In this document: positions 57,431 to 64,000 of the stretch, piece after piece
Layout: each line of letters opens with the position of its first letter
How positions within the stretch are numbered: the first letter of the stretch is position 1
Assembly: GCA_951406725.2 (NCBI GenBank)
Contig: OX597835.1
Location: 6,076,001-6,140,000 of the forward strand
Length of the DNA: 64,000 nt
Origin: Octopus vulgaris
Lineage: Eukaryota
Reading direction: 5' to 3'
Position numbers and translations under genes: made by a program
Notes under the pieces: model-generated
Databases searched by the model: none
The model's input: only the letters and a program-made list of their open reading frames with translations
Told to the model about the DNA's origin: nothing

Positions 57431-57578
57431 AAGTTGAAAGTTACAGTTCACTATCGAGCCAACGATGGTAATTCTACTCGGCCGCCCAAACTTATAGAAA
57501 TAATGGGCAGATCTCCTTCAAATAACCCCGAATTGTTACATACATCTAAATCTATATTTTTCTCTCTCACCCTCTCTC

Positions 57579-57644
<66 letters not shown>

Positions 57645-57728
57645 AGTGTTGCCCATTATTTCTATAAGTTTGGGCGGCCGAGTAGAATTACCATCGTTGG
57701 GTCGATAGTGAACTGTAACTTTCAACTT
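57431..57728. repeat. 79 bp inverted repeat pair (1 mismatch)
   Basis: 57431-57509 is the reverse complement of 57650-57728. Confidence 0.93.
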
Positions 57729-58271
57729 CCCATGGTATTTAATTCCATTTAGATGAACTGGACCGTAGAATGGTCAAAAGTTAATTTTTCCCACTCCCGG
57801 CCATAGCAGAGCGGCAGACAGGATATATATGTTTCCTGGCTGTATTGGCTTTCTTGTCTATCGCTTCTTTCAGCTGATCCAGTTAGGTGTCTCCTCTCTA
57901 TTTAATGGTTTATGAAGTTCAGAATTAAAGCGACACACACCAAGTTACTTACGTCCAGCTATTTCTAAGCTACATTACCCTCGTTGTAACAAGCACTCGA
58001 CCACGAAATATGACCAAATCCGTCTGTCATAAGACTGTTCAATAACATCAATGGCTAATTTATATTTCAATGGAGCGTAATTACGGAGATAAATGTGTTT
58101 GTACACGTGTGAATGTGTGTGTGTGCGTGTGTGTCTTTCAGGTTTACATAAATACAACTCACACACTCATGTGCACACAGACATATACATTATACAATCA
58201 AATGCATATAGTTTAAACAGATAGATATATGTCGATGGGTATGCGTGTATGCATGCTTATATATGTGTGTG

Positions 58272-58324
<53 letters not shown>

Positions 58325-58327
<3 letters not shown>

Positions 58328-59398
58328 AGATCTGATCAATAAGTATCGGGACCGTTGTCATAGTAACGAAGCTGAAGCTCGCAAAGTAAAGCCGATTGAC
58401 AAAGATTGAACTTCAGCTCTACTGCGCATGCGTTTTAACGTTCTGGCTCACTTCCCCTGTTTACAGCAGTGTTTGGAAGGAAGGTGTGTAGCTTGTCTTT
58501 GTCGCAATGGCCATGACAGAGAAAGTTGTCATGGCGACACCTGCTGAGAGGCCTTCGCAAAGTTGCAGAAAGCATATGGAGAGTAGTGTATGAGCTGCAC
58601 ACAAGTGTGCGTGTGGTTCAGACGTTTCCAAGATGGCCGAAAAACTGTCGATATTGACGAACGTTCTGGGAGACCTGCAGCAAGCAGAAATGAGAAAAAC
58701 ATCGCAGATGTGCGTGCAGCTGTGAAGGGAAATCGTCGAATCACCATCCGGGAGTTATCGGAGAATTTGCAGATTAGTTACGGTTTAGTTCAGTTCATTG
58801 TTACTGAAGATTTGGATATGAGATGCGTGTTTGCCAAAACTGCTTTCCAAAAAGACACTCGGGTTTCAGTTACACAAGATCTCCTTGATTGTATCGAGAA
58901 CGATAAAAACTTTTTGAAAATTTTGCGGAGGCCTCTGAGCAGGTGTCGACAAGCTTTTAGCAAAATTTGATGCAGATTCTCTGCTCAACTTTCTGTCATG
59001 GTCACGACCCCTATTGATCGGTCCCACTTTTTTTTTTCACAATCCCTTTTGATCGGAATTTCCGCCCCGCCCCCCTTTCCCGATCCCTTTTGATCGGAAT
59101 TCGCTCCCCCTCCTTTTCCCCTTCACTTCTTCCCAAAAAGAAAAGCTCTACTTTGTATTTTGTCCCTTCTGTGTTTAGCCCTGCGTGGCCAATAAAGAAA
59201 TCTGTGATAATCATTGCGATGATCACACGCTACACACCTTCCTTCCAAGTACAGCTGTAAACTGCAGAAGTGAGCTAGAACATTAAAACTCAGTGCGCAT
59301 GCACAGCAGAGTTCAAGGTCAACCTGTGCCAAGCGGTTTTACTCTGCGTGCTTTAGCTTCGTTACTATTACAACAATCCGGATACTTATTAATCAAAC

Positions 59399-59402
<4 letters not shown>
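58325..59402 (+). mobile_element. mariner-derived foldback element with a transposase HTH remnant
   Basis: ORF 58590-58970 WFRRFQDGRKTVDIDERSGRP...NRRITIRELS...IVTEDLDMR; long imperfect inverted termini. Confidence 0.88.
59005..59201 (+). mobile_element. retroposed fragment ending in the SINE B tail (candidate partner-LINE 3' UTR)
   Basis: Non-SINE body followed by ttgtcccttctgtgtttagccc...aataaagaaat; degenerate TSD ctgtcatggtca/ctgtgataatca. Confidence 0.55.
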
Positions 59403-59457
<55 letters not shown>

Positions 59458-59463
<6 letters not shown>

Positions 59464-59704
59464 GTCAAAATGAGGGTGAAAAAATTGGATATAAATTTAA
59501 TAGCATCAATTTAAACACCAGTGGTCTAGCGCATAAAAGACTGAGATTCAGTAAATATTATTAATACACAAATATGAGAGAGAATCCACTAAGTGGACGC
59601 TCTTATGCTAGATATAGCGAGAACAATTCTTAGTGGTCCAGACCCTTGCAGATCTATATCTAGCGTAAGAGCGTCCACATAGTGGATTCTCTCTCATATT
59701 TGTG

Positions 59705-59709
<5 letters not shown>
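59458..59709. mobile_element. probable Penelope-like terminal fragment with a 56 bp inverted duplication, inside (TA)n
   Basis: 59562-59617 is the reverse complement of 59654-59709 (2 mismatches); resembles 21655-21805. Confidence 0.55.
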
Positions 59710-59742
<33 letters not shown>

Positions 59743-61277
59743 TTAGTTGGGAGATGTATGCTCTAATAGGGATCGATCTATTTGATAAACAATTATTAAT
59801 ATTGTCAAATATTCCAAATGTATATAGATAATAAAGTAATGACATGTTTTCTATTGTCTGAGTGTATTTTTATATAAACACTCAGAAAGACACCTTGCCA
59901 CTTCACTATTCAAACAGTTTAAATGATAACAACATTCAGGATTATCAGATAGATCGGATTATTACTAACACCAAGTCTCTCACTTCACTGATGGCTCCGG
60001 AAGATACGACCTCTGTCATTCAGAGAAACATAACATTCTTTTAGCATTTTCAGCAAAAGATCGAAATAGGAAAAGTTTTGTAGACACTCCTAGCACATTT
60101 TATTAAAGGATTTCGAACTTCCAACATGTCAACATAATATATTTCCGACGTAATGTATTTGCTATGGACTGAAAGACATTTATAGAATTTTAAAACTGTA
60201 ACAGGAACTGTTTCTAGTTGTTATTTTCCTTTTTCTTTTTTTTTTTTTTCCTACATGTGGTATTTTAGATATGAAAACACAAAGCGTCTCCGTACATGAA
60301 TACATGGAAATATCACGTGTTTTGTGCATGAAGATGAACAGATGAACGTATGATGCATTTCGTAAGTGGTTTTTTGCGTCATTGGTTACACACACCGCCA
60401 ACACCATTCAGTGTTAATTATCTTCGTCTGTATTTAGTTTACAGTTAATTCTGACATGTTGAAAGTTGATAGCGTGGTGAAAGATGTTGGTGGCAGGCGG
60501 GAGGATGGCGGAGTATTTCGGCCGAAATTTATTGAAATATGTTGTAAACGTTGCGTAATTAAATTTTACGAAAATACAGTTTATATTATTCGTATAGCAA
60601 CCAGCTGCTCCCATCTAGGTGTGGCGAACAGGTTAGTCCATGCAATTTCTATCTTACCCTGTAGTTCGTTATTTAATAACATTAAGAAAAAGATAAATAG
60701 AGGAGAAGGGTGAAAGACAAGCACAAACACATACACGTATATACGTGTGTGTGTGTGTGTGCGTATTTGCATGCGTGTGTATACGTGTGTGTATATGTTT
60801 GTGTGTGTGTGTGTATGTGTGTGTATTTCATCCTCTCTCTCTCTCTTCCTGAAGAGCCTGATTAAAAACATCAGTTGAAGCAATTCCACTCTGTCACTGA
60901 ATGAAGCATTCTTGGACAACGCGGCGGCCCCCCAGTCCACTTCATTAAAGCTCTTGATGCTGGCAACTTCAAAGATAATCTCACAGATACCAGAGAAAGA
61001 AAGAAAGAAAGAAAGGAAGAAAGAAACTGTGTAATTGAAGATGTTTAAACGTTGGAACTACAAACCAAACATACAATTCTGCTCAGATGTATTACGTAAC
61101 AACAAATGCAATTTATGATTTGACGGCGATGTTGCTTTATTTTTATTATAAGTAATACGTTGGGGATTTATGAACTCGGTTTTGTAACAATCAACACTTT
61201 TGATAAGTAGCCTTGTTTATTTCTCATCGTAATTAATCACCATTTGCTTTATTTCTCTTTATTTCTCTTACTGTTGC

Positions 61278-61343
<66 letters not shown>

Positions 61344-61378
61344 TTATTATTATTTTTATTATTATTATTATTATTATT

Positions 61379-62656
61379 ACAAACAAGGACAGACAAACGG
61401 ACTCCAGTGCGTAACTGGTACTTATTTAATCGACCCCGAAAGGATGAAAGGCAAGGTCGACCTCGGCGGAATTTGAACTCAGAACGTATAGACTGACGAA
61501 ATACCGATTTCTTTACTACTCACAAGGGGCTAATCACAGAGGGGACAAACAAGGACAGACAAACGGATTAAGTCGATTATATCGACTCCAGTGCGTAACT
61601 GGTACTTATTTAATCGACCCCGAAAGGATGAAAGGCAAGGTCGACCTCGGCGGAATTTGAACTCAGAACGTAAAGACTGACGAAATACCGATTTATTTAC
61701 TACCCAGAAGGAGCTAAGCACAGAGGGGACAAACAAGGACAGACAAACGGATTAAGTCGATTATATCGACCCCAGTGAGTTAATGGTACTTATTTAATTG
61801 ACCCCGAAAGGATGAAAGGCTAAGTCGACCTCGGCGGAATTTGAACTCAGAACGTAAAGACTGACGAAATACCGATTTCTTTACTACCCAGAAGGAGCTA
61901 AGCACAGGGGGGACAAACAAGGACAGACAAACGGATTAAGTCGATTATATCGACCCCAGTGCGTAACTGGTACTTATTTAATCAACCCCGAAAGGATGAA
62001 AGGCTAAGTCGACCTCGGCGGAATTTGAACTCAGAACGTAAAGACTGACGAAATACCGATTTCTTTACTACCCAGAAGGAGCTAAGCACAGAGGGGACAA
62101 ACAAGGACAGACAAACGGATTAAGTCGATTATATCGACCCCAGTGAGTTACTGGTACTTATTTAATTGACCCCGAAAGGATGAAAGGCTAAGTCGACCTC
62201 GGCGGAATTTGAACTCAGAACGTAAAGACTGACGAAATACCGATTTCTTTACTACCCAGAAAGAGCTAAGCACAGGGGGGACAAACAAGGACAGACAAAC
62301 GGATTAAGTCGATTATATCGACCCCAGTGCGTAACTGGTACTTATTTAATCAACCCCGAAAGGATGAAAGGCAAGGTCGACCTCGGCGGAATTTGAACTC
62401 AGAACGTAAAGACTGACGAAATACCGATTTCTTTACTACCCAGAAGGAGCTAAGCACAGAGGGGACAAACAAGGACAGACCAACGGATTAAGTCAGTTAT
62501 ATCGACCCCAGTGCGTAACTGGTACTTATTTAATCAACCCCGAAAGGATGAAAGGCTAAGTCGACCTCGGCGGAATTTGAACCCAGAACGTAGCGGCAGA
62601 TGAAATACCGCTAAGTATTTCGTCCGCCGTACTAACGTTTCTGCCAGCTCACCGCT
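61379..62656 (-). mobile_element. SINE family B tandem array: 1 full, 5 headless 184 bp and 1 partial unit
   Basis: Junction gaaataccg|attt at 61506, 61690, 61874, 62058, 62242 and 62426; head only at 62611-62656. Confidence 0.93.
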
Positions 62657-62657
62657 T

Positions 62658-62798
62658 TAGGACACCGAATACCGCGTTATTAGCTTTGAGATTTCCTCTC
62701 ACTTAGGCGCTGGGGGCATTGTCTGTGAGTCCTTTTATGCATCAAGCGCCTAAATGAGAAGATCTCTTAAGGTTAATAACGCAGTATTCGGTCTTCTA
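62658..62798. mobile_element. MITE-like foldback element with about 50 bp imperfect TIRs
   Basis: accgaataccgcgttattag...tctcacttaggcgct versus agcgcctaaatgaga...ttaataacgcagtattcggt; TA at both ends. Confidence 0.65.
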
Positions 62799-62844
62799 AC
62801 AAGGCATGCATGCTAAGTTGGTTATAAAGATTACCATTTATAAT

Positions 62845-63260
62845 AATGTTTCAAAGGCCAGCAGTTTCAGGGTGGGAGAGTTCATCGATTACATCAACCC
62901 CAGTGCATGACAGGTACTTTATTTTATCGACCCTGAAAGAATGAAAGGCAAAGTCAATCTCGGTGGAATTTGAACTCAGAACATTTAGAACCGGAAGAAA
63001 TGCCGTTAAGCAATTTTTCCGCTGCTTTAGAGTTTTTCCAGCTCACCGCCTGATAAATATTTGTTTCTATTTTAGGTATGAAATCTTGGAAGTTTGAGAA
63101 GTAGAGGTTAGATGATACTATCGATCTCAGTATTTGACTAGTATTTTATTTTATCGATCCCGGAAGGATAAGTGCAAAATTGGCCCTGACAGGATTTGAA
63201 CTCAGAAAGTTAAGCATTGTAACAACATATTGCAAAGAATTTTGTTGGATTTTTCTAATG
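62845..63260 (-). mobile_element. two older SINE family B copies in tandem
   Basis: attttatcga...aag...atttgaactcagaa core at about 62920 and about 63147. Confidence 0.7.
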
Positions 63261-64000
63261 TTTCTAAATAGTTTCTGGTAAATGAACTAAAACCAAAAGT
63301 CAAGATTCTTCAGCTACGATAGAATTACACGAACGACGGCACTGGCAAAAAACACCAAAAACCAAAAATTTATTTTTTTAAATTTATATAAAAGCAAAGA
63401 AAAACAGAAAAAAAAAAAACTAAAGCTAAAGTCTCTGCATTTTCAGATTTTCAGGACAGGTTGAACTGGGTCGTTGAGTGGGAAGGCAAATGGCATTAAC
63501 TGTCTTATTAAAATATATGAACAAATAATATTATTCGTTTATTTTTAAATATTGTCAACGATTCTTTTGTTGAAAGCATTTTTTGATGACAGCGTTTTTT
63601 TCTCTTTCACTTTTATCAAATTAATTGTGTTTTCCGTTCTGTTCGGTGTCTCACCTGTAAAATCTCACTATTCTTTCCCATATAACAGATATATATGTCA
63701 TTTTATGTATGTGGATGGATTCTTTAGAAATTTTGCCAATATTTAGTCGTGGTCATTTTTTGAATTATATTTATTTCATTTATTTTATTATTTTGTTACT
63801 TTTTCGTTTGGAGTTACGATTCTTTATTTTCAGTTGATTTGTTTTGCATTTTTTTCTTTTTCTGTTTACGTTTTTTTTTTTTAAGCTTCTAAGCTTTTGT
63901 AGTTTTTATTGTTCTTTATGTGTCTCTGTCGCTTCTTTTTAAATTTTCATGCTTGGATTATATATGGACCACATTATATATTCAGCAGACATCAGTCGCC

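Noticed and set aside
60845-60890. ctgaaga...gaag hammerhead-like string
   Set aside because: GAAA is absent and stems I and III do not pair.
61490-61520. CTGACGA in each array unit as a hammerhead core (retrozyme)
   Set aside because: No GAAA after the short stem, and it lies antisense to the SINE.

Overview
AT-rich, microsatellite-saturated eukaryotic non-coding DNA (intron or gene desert). The tRNA-derived SINE repertoire suggests an octopus/cephalopod genome (inference). No host protein-coding gene is supported; nearly all long ORFs are translations of simple repeats. The window holds many copies of four tRNA-SINE families (called A-D here), RTE-type LINE 3' fragments, decayed Tc1/mariner and hAT transposons, a probable Helitron end, a 2.1 kb minisatellite and several foldback elements. 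Two observations stand out. (1) Five minimal type I hammerhead ribozyme motifs in dissimilar flanking sequence (14645 +, 17390 +, 21909 -, 32678 -, 43463 -), each upstream of a (TA)n or AT-rich tract, as expected for Penelope-like retroelement termini; two have a CCGACGA core variant. (2) Head-to-tail multimers of SINE B at three loci (184 bp period in the two arrays), all joined at the same point in the loop of the tRNA-like head stem, hinting at an RNA-level cleavage/template-jump or circularisation route.
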